Shown one piece after another: positions 1-9,186 of a stretch of DNA of 64,000 nt. Made by a program: the position numbers and the translations under genes. Under the pieces are notes generated by a model. The model made no database searches, was not told where the DNA came from, and worked only from the letters and a program-made list of their open reading frames with translations. Origin of the DNA: Candidatus Sulfomarinibacteraceae bacterium (GTDB lineage Bacteria > Acidobacteriota > Thermoanaerobaculia > Thermoanaerobaculales > Sulfomarinibacteraceae); contig CAWCLO010000003.1 in assembly GCA_963796455.1 (NCBI GenBank), positions 128,001 to 192,000 on the forward strand, given 5' to 3'. How positions within the stretch are numbered: the stretch's first letter is position 1; every line of letters begins with the position of its first letter.

Positions 1-1107
1 TCGTCCATTCTCGATGACCAGGGCTGACGGTCGTCCTTTGTAATGTGACTGCAGCATTCCCGTATCGATCAAAAAGACGCGGCCGCCAAAACGGCTGCCG
101 ATGTTTTTGTCGCCCTGGACGGTGTGGCCGCTGACAACATGCCGGGCGCCGATTTCGTCGAGCAGGTGGGCGATCTCTTCGCCCCGGGTCGCCTCATCCC
201 ACCTGGCAGAGCCTCGAAACCACAGCGGGCCGCCGGGGGTCTGCGAAATCCAGGCGTGAGAGCCGACGATGCCCTCGAGGGCCGGGTCCGGCCGGTTCCC
301 CGAGCCCTCTTTGTTTTGACGAAGATAGGCATCGAGCATCACATTGAGGTCGGCGGTCACGGGGACCAGGTTCTTCTTGATCATATAAGCGCGGACCTTG
401 TCGTATGCCGCAATTTCCGCAGCCACATCACGATTGATTTCGTCGATCGTGATCCCTTTCAGCTCCGGTCCGATCCCGGCGTGGACAAAAAGCACCCCAT
501 CGATCAGTACCGAAACCGGCAAGGTGCGGAGCCATTTCCCATACACCCCATCGGCGCCCAGAGCGGCAATATATTCGAGATAGCCGGGGGGGTAGGTCTC
601 CATCCATTGAGCCTTGACCTCGTTGTTGAACTCCGGAGTCCCGACACCCTCGGCCGCCGCGCGAACCTGCCAGTACTTTTTGAAATTCTTATAGCCGTCC
701 TTACGGCGCTTTTCCGATTGATCATCCGCGAACTCGGCATAAACATCCGGATTGACGTCACGGAAAAAGCCGATCAGATTCATCGCTTCGTGGTTGCCGA
801 GCAGACAAATCACCTTGCCCCCGGCCGCAGCGGCCTCGCCCTGGAGGCGAATCAAAAGATCCATCACCTCGCGAACATCGAGACCACGATCGAGGAGATC
901 GCCCGTCTGGACCAGGGTCGTATCGCCACCGATCCAATGGGTATCGGAGTCAATCAACTCGGCGTGCTGCAGGATGGCGACCAGCCCTTCATAGCTGCCG
1001 TGCACATCGCCGACCGCCACAATTCGTTCACCGGCGGCGGCACCCGGTGCAAACGCGATAATTAGCGTGAGCGTCGGGAACAGAACATATTTCTTGTATT
1101 TCTTCAC
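1..1107 (-). CDS. Secreted calcineurin-like metallophosphoesterase (Shewanella-like phosphatase type); 3' end runs off the window
   Basis: Not in the ORF track; translated by hand from GTG at 1107 (GAGGAG SD): signal peptide VKKYKKYVLFPTLTLIIAFAPGAAA, then GDVHG, GDLLDRG, GNHE and IDTG motifs. Confidence 0.85.
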   Translation of the reverse strand, partial: MKKYKKYVLFPTLTLIIAFAPGAAAGERIVAVGDVHGSYEGLVAILQHAELIDSDTHWIGGDTTLVQTGDLLDRGLDVREVMDLLIRLQGEAAAAGGKVICLLGNHEAMNLIGFFRDVNPDVYAEFADDQSEKRRKDGYKNFKKYWQVRAAAEGVGTPEFNNEVKAQWMETYPPGYLEYIAALGADGVYGKWLRTLPVSVLIDGVLFVHAGIGPELKGITIDEINRDVAAEIAAYDKVRAYMIKKNLVPVTADLNVMLDAYLRQNKEGSGNRPDPALEGIVGSHAWISQTPGGPLWFRGSARWDEATRGEEIAHLLDEIGARHVVSGHTVQGDKNIGSRFGGRVFLIDTGMLQSHYKGRPSALVIENGR

Positions 1108-1234
1108 GATCAAACTCCTCGAAAGTGTAACCCGTCACGTCCTCGTCGTCTTCCGGGGAATCGGATCGGCTCGGAATCCGGGCAGATCCCGCTTGCCAAC
1201 CGGTCCGCACAGAATGCCTCAACGACTCAGTGAC

Positions 1235-2695
1235 TCAGTCCTTGGTCTTGATCATCATCGACCCTACGGCCATGATGAGCGTACTGATCACGAGGGCACA
1301 GGTCGCGGGCACAGCCGGGTTGTTGTGGTAGTGGGTTATGCCGCCGTAGTACATCCCGAAATGAACCAACAGGGCCACGCTCGCCGCGATCAAGACCAAC
1401 GGTGCCGAGCTGCGACGGGAAAAGATGCCGAAAAGCACCGGCGCAAAGGTGGCGGCAAAAACAGCATAGATTCCGTTCTGGGCAAAAATGGCTACCGACA
1501 ACGGCTGATCGACGATCTGCCACCAGGCCAGAAGGAGGGTGATCGGCGCCAGGACCAGCAGAAAGATCCTCCCCACGAGGAGCAGTTGGCCGCGCAGCTT
1601 GTCCTCCGCCACCCCACGGGCCCTCGCGATGGTTCCGTAGAAGTCGTTACCAAAAATCGTCGAGAGGGCGAGGATCACGCCCTCGAGGGTCGAAAACCCG
1701 GCCGCCAGGACACCGAGCATGATGAAAGCGCGGAGACCGGGAGCAAAGCCCGCCGTAATGTACTCGGCCACCACCTGATCCGGCCGGAAATCGGCACCGA
1801 TCTCGAGCCGGGCGTAGAGCCCGACCAGCATCACCGAGGTAAAGACCGTGCCCGCAATCATCGCGGTCACGAGATAGGTGTTGACATCACGTTCAGATCG
1901 CAGATAAAGCGATTTCGAAATGATGTGTGGCTGCATGATGATGGCGAGTCCGATGATGAAGTTGGCAACAACCACCTCGAAAAAATCCCGAAACAGCAGA
2001 CTGTCCGGGTTGGTCATGCTGCCGTAGTGCGGAGCCACAGCATCCAGGGTCGAAAAGAAACCACCCAGGCCGTCGGCGAAGATCGCAGCTCCCGAAGCGA
2101 CCAGAATCAGCGCGACCGCCAGCATGGTGATGGCCTGGACACTGTTCGACCACACGTGGAGACTGGCGCCACCGAAGAGGATATATCCAAAGGTGAAGAC
2201 GACCACCATGATCAGGGCCGGCCACAAACCGATCTGGAGCACGGCCATCATCACGACGACGATCGCGGTGACGATCAGAACCAGGAAGGTGATCTGGAGC
2301 ATGCTGACGAGAGCAAAGAAGATGGTCAGCCGCCGGTCGCCAAATCTTTCGCCGAGCCACTGCGGGACGGTGAGGACAGTGAACTGGTCTCCGACCCTTC
2401 GGAAGCGCTTGCTGGTGACAACCAGACCGATGAAAATCCCGGCGGGCGCGGCAAGACCATAACCCACGATGCCGGCCCATCCATAGGCGTGGATCAGCCC
2501 CGGATTGATCACGAAGGTCGCAACAGAGGTCATGTTGGCCGCCAGGGACAAACCGACGAAGAACGGAGGCACCTGCCTCGAACCGACCGAAAACGACTCG
2601 ATGTCCGTTGAGCGCCGGCGGCCGCGCCACGCGAGCCATACGATCACCGAGGCATAAGCGATCAGGAGGGTCCAGGGGAGGAAGGTTTCGGGCAT
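1235..2695 (-). CDS. Sodium:solute symporter family permease (PanF/PutP-like)
   Basis: 486 aa, many TM helices, SSS-type motifs (GLSLAANMTS, TVPQWLGERF, LAAGFSTL). Confidence 0.85.
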   Translation of the reverse strand: MPETFLPWTLLIAYASVIVWLAWRGRRRSTDIESFSVGSRQVPPFFVGLSLAANMTSVATFVINPGLIHAYGWAGIVGYGLAAPAGIFIGLVVTSKRFRRVGDQFTVLTVPQWLGERFGDRRLTIFFALVSMLQITFLVLIVTAIVVVMMAVLQIGLWPALIMVVVFTFGYILFGGASLHVWSNSVQAITMLAVALILVASGAAIFADGLGGFFSTLDAVAPHYGSMTNPDSLLFRDFFEVVVANFIIGLAIIMQPHIISKSLYLRSERDVNTYLVTAMIAGTVFTSVMLVGLYARLEIGADFRPDQVVAEYITAGFAPGLRAFIMLGVLAAGFSTLEGVILALSTIFGNDFYGTIARARGVAEDKLRGQLLLVGRIFLLVLAPITLLLAWWQIVDQPLSVAIFAQNGIYAVFAATFAPVLFGIFSRRSSAPLVLIAASVALLVHFGMYYGGITHYHNNPAVPATCALVISTLIMAVGSMMIKTKD

Positions 2696-2755
2696 TTAAG
2701 AGGTCCTCTCGTGCTGATTTACAGTGCAGTCGATTTCACTGAGTTCACGGAAAAT

Positions 2756-2878
2756 TTGAGTTCGGAGTTCGGAGTTCGGAATGCTGAAGATCGGGCCTTG
2801 CGGTGCGTCACCTGTTGCCCACCATTTCGCTCTCAAGCCGGCAATCCGGCAACTCAGAATTCCGAATTCCGAACTCAA
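2756..2878. repeat. Inverted pair of heptamer arrays (GAGTTCG)n ... (ATTCCGA)n
   Basis: 2756-2787 TTGAGTTCGGAGTTCGGAGTTCGGAATGCTGA is the imperfect reverse complement of 2853-2878 CTCAGAATTCCGAATTCCGAACTCAA. Confidence 0.9.
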
Positions 2879-2880
2879 CA

Positions 2881-3795
2881 CTATCCGAGCTCCCCCTGCC
2901 ACTTCATCAGACAGGAAACGATCTGCGATCGAGCATTGAGATTCAGGGCGCGGGCTCGACGTTCGACAGCCAACAGGTCCGCCGCCAGGCGGACAAGCTC
3001 TTCAGACTCTTCTTCGGCACGGGTTTCCGCCGCCATCTCCATGGCGCCGGCCGCTACCACCGCAAAGGGCCTGACCTCGGCCGGGAGCGCGTACGGGAGC
3101 TGGAGGAGCTCTTTGCTGCCCCCCTGGAGACCGGCGGATAGAGCCTTCTTGACATCCCCCACGACACTCTCGAGATCTTCAGATGATTGCGCAGACGCGA
3201 GCTCGGGTATGGCCATCTCGGCAAAAAGATCGCGGGCGATCGCGACCGGCCCGGGTAGGACGAGCTGTTGGCAACGGGAACGGATGGTCGGAAGAACGGC
3301 CATGGGGTTCGAGGCCAACAGAATCAAGAACGCGTGCGCGGGTGGTTCCTCGAGGACTTTGAGAAAGGCGTTGGCCGCCTCTTTCTGAAAATGTTCCACT
3401 TCCACACCATCGAGGATCCACACTCGCCGCCGGCCCTCGAAGGGACGCCCCGGAATGGTCGTGACGATGTCGCGGATCCGATCGATTTTAATGATGTTTT
3501 TCTTACCGCTCGGCTGCACCGCCTCCACATCAGGGTGCAGGCCCACGCGCAAACGATCGGCGCAGTTGCTCTGGGCCCACGGTTGATCCGCGCCCTCACA
3601 GGTCAGCAGAGCGGCAATTTCGACGGCCGCCAACTCGCGACCGAGACCCGGCGGGCCGATCAGAAGCAAGGCGTGCGGAAGACGGTCCCGGTCGCGCGCC
3701 CGAAGGATTTTTTCGAGCATCGGCCGCACGACTTCTCCCCAACGCTCCCGGTCGAGAGCGGCCTCACCCCACCAGGGGACCCGGTCGCCGCTCAC
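2881..3795 (-). CDS. holB: DNA polymerase III subunit delta'
   Basis: HALLLIGPPGLG, HPD, AANAFLKVLEEPP, LPTIRSRC; directly downstream of tmk. Confidence 0.9.
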   Translation of the reverse strand: MSGDRVPWWGEAALDRERWGEVVRPMLEKILRARDRDRLPHALLLIGPPGLGRELAAVEIAALLTCEGADQPWAQSNCADRLRVGLHPDVEAVQPSGKKNIIKIDRIRDIVTTIPGRPFEGRRRVWILDGVEVEHFQKEAANAFLKVLEEPPAHAFLILLASNPMAVLPTIRSRCQQLVLPGPVAIARDLFAEMAIPELASAQSSEDLESVVGDVKKALSAGLQGGSKELLQLPYALPAEVRPFAVVAAGAMEMAAETRAEEESEELVRLAADLLAVERRARALNLNARSQIVSCLMKWQGELG

Positions 3796-4427
3796 GACAA
3801 CTCCGCGGGAATCACTCTGAGTATTCGGGTAAATACCTCATCGGGCTCACCATCGGCAGCCACGACCCGGAATCGATTCGGCGACGCTTCGGCCAATTCC
3901 AGAAAGCCCTCGCGAACGCGTTGGTGAAAGGCACTCGGCTCGTCGTCGAGTCGGCTCTCGGCGCCATCCCCGTCGGCATTTCGGACCCGCGCCCGCTCCA
4001 GACCCGATTCGTGGTCGAGATCCAGGACCACCGTCAGATCGGGCTCGAGGCCGTCGGTGGCGATCCGATTGAGATCGATGGTTCGATCGACCCCGACCCC
4101 GCGAACCAGACCCTGGTAGACGACCGATGAATCCGCAAACCGATCGCAGAGCACGACCCGCCCGAGTTCCAGCGCCGGTCGAATCACTCTCTGGACGTGA
4201 TCCCGTCGTGCCGCCTCGAGGAGAAAGAGCTCGGTCAGACCATCCGGCTCCATCGCGGGATCGAGCAGCAGCGCCCGCGCCGCCTCGGCAACCGGCGTGC
4301 CTCCGGGCTCCCGGGTGACCACCACCATCAGTCCTCGCGCACGCATATGCTCCGCCAGGAGCTCGATCTGGGTGCTCTTGCCGGTCCCCTCACCGCCTTC
4401 AAAACTGATGAACCAACCCTTGATCAT
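3792..4427 (-). CDS. tmk: Thymidylate kinase
   Basis: FISFEGGEGTGKSTQ, TREPGGT, LCDRF; start placed at ATG 4427, 6 nt after TATAAT. Confidence 0.95.
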   Translation of the reverse strand: MIKGWFISFEGGEGTGKSTQIELLAEHMRARGLMVVVTREPGGTPVAEAARALLLDPAMEPDGLTELFLLEAARRDHVQRVIRPALELGRVVLCDRFADSSVVYQGLVRGVGVDRTIDLNRIATDGLEPDLTVVLDLDHESGLERARVRNADGDGAESRLDDEPSAFHQRVREGFLELAEASPNRFRVVAADGEPDEVFTRILRVIPAELS

Positions 4428-4499
4428 TGAGGGATTATAGCCGCACCCCAACGTCGCATCGAACCACAACGAAATCGAGGCAGAGAAACGCGGGCATCC

Positions 4500-5335
4500 C
4501 TCATCGCAGCCACCAAGACAAACGGGAACCAAGGCATCGCGATGCAGCGCAATTTGCCCACAGATCACGCAGATGACAGCCTGATTGCGAAGGCGTCAGC
4601 CATCTCTGCAATCGAAACGCGTCAGCTTCGGGGTTTTTCAACGCAAAGGCGCAATGGCAGCCGAACTGCTGGATCGATATTGCCAAGAGTCGTATTGAAC
4701 GCAGAGGCGCAGAGGACTTCCCGGAAGACTCCTGCGCAGTCGCGCAGGTCTCGCCTCCTTCCTCCCCCTTTCTTCAATCAAGGGAGGATGTCACCGATGC
4801 AAGGCAGATCCGGCATGCCGTAGGCTTGCCGGTCGGTGGGAAGCGGGGTGACTCCGAGCGCTGGCGATCAGAGGCGCCCCGCTTCTCACCGGCGACGGGC
4901 GATCGAAGATCGTCTGTCGATCTGCCGACACTGATGGCAACACCGCTCAATTTCGCCTACCAGACCTTGGCGTCTTTGCGACTTTGCGTTCTTTGCGTTC
5001 TTCGCGGTTCAACCATGTGCACGCGAGACGCGTGCACCACCATGGTGGTGCAGCCGTCTCGGCTGCACTCCGGTCGTGCCTTTGCGATGGCTTCTGTGTT
5101 TTTCTGTGTGTTCTGTGAGCCTTTGCGCCAGCTCTCTGTGTTCTCTCTCTCTGTGTCTCCGTGCCTCTGTGGTTTTCTTGGTGTGACGCCTTCGTGTCTT
5201 TGTGTCTTCGTGGTTGCGACGAGTATGCGATGGATCTGGGTCCATCTGGGTGATCTGTGGGCAAATCCGATCCGTTTCCTGTCGATAGCGATGATCAAAT
5301 CTGCGTTCATCTGCGTTATCTGCGGTTTCTCCTGA
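4500..5335. mobile_element. Non-coding composite repeat element, family 2 copy 1 (9-mer arms, structured core, REP doublet)
   Basis: 17-bp IR ATTTGCCCACAGATCAC (4552)/GTGATCTGTGGGCAAAT (5250); the right end ATCTGCGTTATCTGCGGTTTCTCC is near-complementary to the left end of the copies at 29691 and 32393; 4731-5115 is homologous to 32643-33028. Confidence 0.7.
5027..5068. repeat. GTGG-tagged REP doublet
   Basis: GTGCACGCGAGACGCGTGCACCAC-CATG-GTGGTGCAGCCGTCTCGGCTGCAC; repeated at 32929-32970. Confidence 0.75.
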
Positions 5336-5401
5336 ACAAGGATCTTCCGCATCGGACAGGAGGGCGAGCCCTGGGTCTCTGTGGCTGTCCGAAGGTGGGA
5401 T

Positions 5402-6286
5402 TCAACCCTGACCGATGACCTTCAAGAACGCTTCTTCAGCCCGGTAGGACGACCGCACGAAGGGGCCGGCGAAGATCTCCAGACCGAGTTCCGTACCGGC
5501 GGTCTCGAGTTCTGCAAACTCCTCCGGCGTCCAAAAACGCTCCACCGGCACCTGTTGTGGGGTCGGCTGGAGGTACTGACCGATTGTGACGGCCTGGCAG
5601 CCGGCCTCTCGCAAATCGCCGAGCACCTCGAGGATCTCGTCACGGGTCTCACCGAGACCGACCATCAACCCGGATTTTCGAAGCATTGTGGTGTCGCGTT
5701 CGGCAACCCGCCGTAGCACGTCGAGAGCCCACTCATATCGTCCCGACCGGCGAACCTCACGATACAACCGCGGGATGGTCTCCACGTTGTGGTTGTACAC
5801 CTCGGGGCCGGCGTCGATGATCCGATCGACAGAAGCCATGTCGCCGCGAAAATCAGGGGTCAGAACTTCAATCTTGGGGGGAGACTCGAGCTCCCGAAGA
5901 CCCTCGATGCAGGCCACAAAACCGCCGGCCCCACCATCCGGGAGATCGTCACGATCGACGGCGGTGATCACCACGTGTTCGAGCTTCATTTCGACCACCG
6001 CCTCGACCAGTTGCCGAGCTTCGCCCGGATCGATGGCGGAAGGCCGACCGTGAGCGATCGAACAGTAGGAACAATTGCGCGTGCAGACGCGGCCGTTGAT
6101 CAAGAATGTGGCCGTGCCGCGCGAAAAGCACTCGGAGCGATTGGGGCAACGGGCCTCCTCGCAAACCGTGTGCAATCCTCCCGACCGCATCCGCTTCTTG
6201 ATCTCGTGCAGCTCACCGAGCTGGAGACGGCGCGCCCGTATCCACTCCGGCAGCGCCGGTCCCGGTCCGCGGCCGCCAAAGGTCAA
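5402..6286 (-). CDS. lipA: Lipoyl synthase
   Basis: CEEARCPNRSEC, CTRNCSYC radical-SAM motif, C-terminal RSSY. Confidence 0.97.
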   Translation of the reverse strand: MTFGGRGPGPALPEWIRARRLQLGELHEIKKRMRSGGLHTVCEEARCPNRSECFSRGTATFLINGRVCTRNCSYCSIAHGRPSAIDPGEARQLVEAVVEMKLEHVVITAVDRDDLPDGGAGGFVACIEGLRELESPPKIEVLTPDFRGDMASVDRIIDAGPEVYNHNVETIPRLYREVRRSGRYEWALDVLRRVAERDTTMLRKSGLMVGLGETRDEILEVLGDLREAGCQAVTIGQYLQPTPQQVPVERFWTPEEFAELETAGTELGLEIFAGPFVRSSYRAEEAFLKVIGQG

Positions 6287-6849
6287 GGTGAGACCACCCA
6301 GGAATCGGGGAAACCGGAAGAGCTCATCCGCTGCGCCACACGATCGGCGGACGCGCGGTCGGGGAAGGGGCCGATCCGGAGCTTGTACAGCGTCACGTTG
6401 TTGTCGTCGACGGTGGTGAGATGTTGGTGATCGCCGGCAAATCCGAGTTTTTCCAGTTTGTCCCGCGCCTGCGCGATCGGCACAGACTGCGACGACGCCA
6501 GAACCTGGACGAAGAACTCGGTCTCGACCTTCGTAGCGGTGGGCGCAGGGGTCGGGGGTCGCGTCGGTTCCGGAGTCGAGGTCGCGGTCGGCTCCGGCGG
6601 TGGTGTCGATGTCGGCCGCGCCTCAGGCTGTGGCACCTCGGTCGGAATCACGACCTCGGGAATCTCGGTTTCGGTCGGAGCCGCCTGCAGGGCGGTCATG
6701 GTTTCCGTCTGACCGGTCTCACTCGAAATGACCGACCAGGCCGCGCCATAGCCGAGAGCGAAGGCCAGAACCATCACCAGGGCCAACGCCACCAGGAGCA
6801 CGGTCAACCAGCGTGCGGTGAGTTCAATCACGTAATAGCTTCGACTCAT
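6283..6849 (-). CDS. SPOR-domain membrane protein (cell division, FtsN/DedD-like)
   Basis: N-terminal TM, Pro/Thr linker, C-terminal FFVQVLA...YKLRIGPFPDRASA. Confidence 0.85.
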   Translation of the reverse strand: MSRSYYVIELTARWLTVLLVALALVMVLAFALGYGAAWSVISSETGQTETMTALQAAPTETEIPEVVIPTEVPQPEARPTSTPPPEPTATSTPEPTRPPTPAPTATKVETEFFVQVLASSQSVPIAQARDKLEKLGFAGDHQHLTTVDDNNVTLYKLRIGPFPDRASADRVAQRMSSSGFPDSWVVSP

Positions 6850-6913
6850 AATCAGATCTCGATTTTCCGGCGGCCGTTCTCCCGTCCCATTTCGGAGAAC
6901 AGCAGACCGCTGC

Positions 6914-7684
6914 TTATTCTTTCGTGTCCAGCATGCCCGTCAGGGCCTCCATCATCTTGATCGGCACCGGGAACACGATGGTCGTGGCGTTCTCGGTGGA
7001 GATCTCGGTCAGCGTCTGCAGGTAACGGAGTTGAATCGTGATCGGGTTGCCCTCCATGACGTCAGCCGCCTGGGCAAGTTTCTGCGAAGCCTCGTACTCA
7101 CCCGATGCGTGGATGATCTTGGCCCGCTTCTCACGTTCGGCCTCGGCCTGCTTGGCGATGGCCCGTTGCATGTCCGGCGGCAGGTCGACGTGCTTGACCT
7201 CGACCATCGAGACCTTGACACCCCACGGATCGGAGTGCTGGTCGATGATCTCCTGCAGGCGAACGTTGACCTCTTCGCGTTTGCTCAAAAGGTCGTCGAG
7301 ATCGACCTCGCCGAGCACTGCCCGCAAGGTGGTCTGGGCGAGCTGAGAGGTCGCGTAGACGTAGTTCTCCACATCCACCACCGCCTTGATCGGATTCATG
7401 ACCCGGAAATAGACCACCGCGTTGACCTTGACCGAGACGTTGTCGCGGGTGATCACGTCCTGTGGCGGGATGTCGTGAACGACGGTCCGCAGACTCATCT
7501 TGACCATCCGGTCGATCGGCCAGAAGACAAAGACGAAACCAGGGCCCTTGGGCTCTTGCAGTACGCGTCCAAGGCGGAAGATCACACCCCGCTCGTATTC
7601 GTTGAGGATGTTGATCCACTTGAAAATGATAAAAACACCGAAGAAGATCACCAAACCGAGGCCGGATCCGAGAACTCCCATCAT
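6914..7684 (-). CDS. SPFH/stomatin (slipin) family protein
   Basis: [42 protein letters not shown]. Confidence 0.95.
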   Translation of the reverse strand: MMGVLGSGLGLVIFFGVFIIFKWINILNEYERGVIFRLGRVLQEPKGPGFVFVFWPIDRMVKMSLRTVVHDIPPQDVITRDNVSVKVNAVVYFRVMNPIKAVVDVENYVYATSQLAQTTLRAVLGEVDLDDLLSKREEVNVRLQEIIDQHSDPWGVKVSMVEVKHVDLPPDMQRAIAKQAEAEREKRAKIIHASGEYEASQKLAQAADVMEGNPITIQLRYLQTLTEISTENATTIVFPVPIKMMEALTGMLDTKE

Positions 7685-8985
7685 GCACTCCCTTTCTCTG
7701 GGTCGCCGACGGCGACCACATCTATCCGACGGTCGCGAACCGCGACCACCCGCACCTGATCACCATCGTCGATTGGCGAACCGATATTATGCGCATCCCA
7801 ATACTCACCGTGCACCACCACCTTGCCCTTGGGCGAGATGGCGCCGATCGCCCGGCCGATTTCCCCGACCATTCCCTCAGGCCCGGTCATGGGGCGCTCT
7901 CGGTGCACTTTGAGGACGCGGTTGAGCAAGAAGACCGTCAAAAAGGCCACTGCCACGGCGGTTGGGAAGACTACCCCGAAGCTCACCCGCATGGCCGGTA
8001 TGGGCCCATCGAAGAGCATCAGGGAACCAAGGACGAAGGAGATCACACCGCCGATGGTCAAGAGACCATAACTGGCAACCTTGACCTCGAGGATGAAAAG
8101 AACCACGGCCACGAATATCAGCGCCACTCCGGCCCAGCTCACCGGCAGTACCGAAACCGAATAGAGCCCCAACAACAGGAAGATGACTCCGACGACTCCA
8201 GGCAGGATCCCGCCGGGATGGCTGATCTCGACATAGAGCCCGAGAGCCCCGAGAGCCATCAGGAGGTATGCAATATTGGGGTTTGCCAGCACCGAGAAAA
8301 GCCGTTCCGCAAAGCTCGGTTCAAAATCTACGGTCTGCAGCGGAGCGATCTCCAGAGTCTCCATTTTACCGTCGAATCGCTTGACTTCGACGCCCTCGAG
8401 GCGCTCCATCAAATCCGAGAAATCGGTTGCGATGAAATCGATCAGACCTTCCTCGAGCGCTTCCTCGGCAGTCAGGGAGATGCTTTCGCGAACCGTGCGC
8501 TCCGCGGTCTCCGGGTTGCGCCCCCGGCCTTCAGCCATTGATCGCACCATGGCCGCGGCGTCATTTGTAACCTTGTCGCGGACATCCTCGGGGAGATTCT
8601 CTCCCTGTCCACCAACCGGGTGGGCGGCACCGGTGTTGGTGCCGGGCGCCATTACCGCCACGTCGGCCGAGATGAGGATGAAGAAACCCGCAGAGGCGGC
8701 CCTCGCCCCGCCGGGGGTCACATAGACGACGACGGGAACCGGCGATGTCATGATCGCGCTGGTAATGTCCCGGGTCGTGTCGATCAGCCCTCCCGGGGTG
8801 TCCAACTCCATTACGACCAGAGAGGCTTGCATCTCAGCGGCCTCACTCAGGACCCTCTCGATGTACTGTTGCGATGCCGGCTGGATCGTGTCCTCGACCC
8901 GCATCCGAACCACCTCACCGGCCAGTGCCGGAACCGAAGCAGAAAGGAGGACCAACAGGAGAAGCCACAAAATTGAACGTCGCAT
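7681..8985 (-). CDS. nfeD: NfeD-family membrane-bound ClpP-class serine protease
   Basis: [25 protein letters not shown]-terminal OB domain [10 protein letters not shown]; paired with slipin; start set at MRRSILW. Confidence 0.92.
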   Translation of the reverse strand: MRRSILWLLLLVLLSASVPALAGEVVRMRVEDTIQPASQQYIERVLSEAAEMQASLVVMELDTPGGLIDTTRDITSAIMTSPVPVVVYVTPGGARAASAGFFILISADVAVMAPGTNTGAAHPVGGQGENLPEDVRDKVTNDAAAMVRSMAEGRGRNPETAERTVRESISLTAEEALEEGLIDFIATDFSDLMERLEGVEVKRFDGKMETLEIAPLQTVDFEPSFAERLFSVLANPNIAYLLMALGALGLYVEISHPGGILPGVVGVIFLLLGLYSVSVLPVSWAGVALIFVAVVLFILEVKVASYGLLTIGGVISFVLGSLMLFDGPIPAMRVSFGVVFPTAVAVAFLTVFLLNRVLKVHRERPMTGPEGMVGEIGRAIGAISPKGKVVVHGEYWDAHNIGSPIDDGDQVRVVAVRDRRIDVVAVGDPEKGSA

Positions 8986-9186
8986 ATCGAAGATGATAGG
9001 CCCACTCGGGGCTGGCGACAAGGACCGGGCGCCCGATCCGCGGTGTATCGAGGTTTTTCGAGCCCCGTGATTGCCTTCGATTCGCCGTTGTTCCGGCTGT
9101 ATTGCCATGACACCACCTCTCCGACAGAGTTTTTTGTTGCTATCGACTACGTTGTTGGTTGATCTGGAATTCCGCGGAGGAGCAGG

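Noticed and set aside
124..2611. Long + strand ORFs 124-1065 and 1067-2611, and similar shadows such as 19653-21713 and 48496-49950
   Set aside because: Antisense shadows of well-supported genes in GC-rich DNA
4826..5352. ORFs across the repeat elements (also 13420-13902, 32325-33391, 46481-47215)
   Set aside because: Low-complexity translations of the repeats, with frames not conserved between copies
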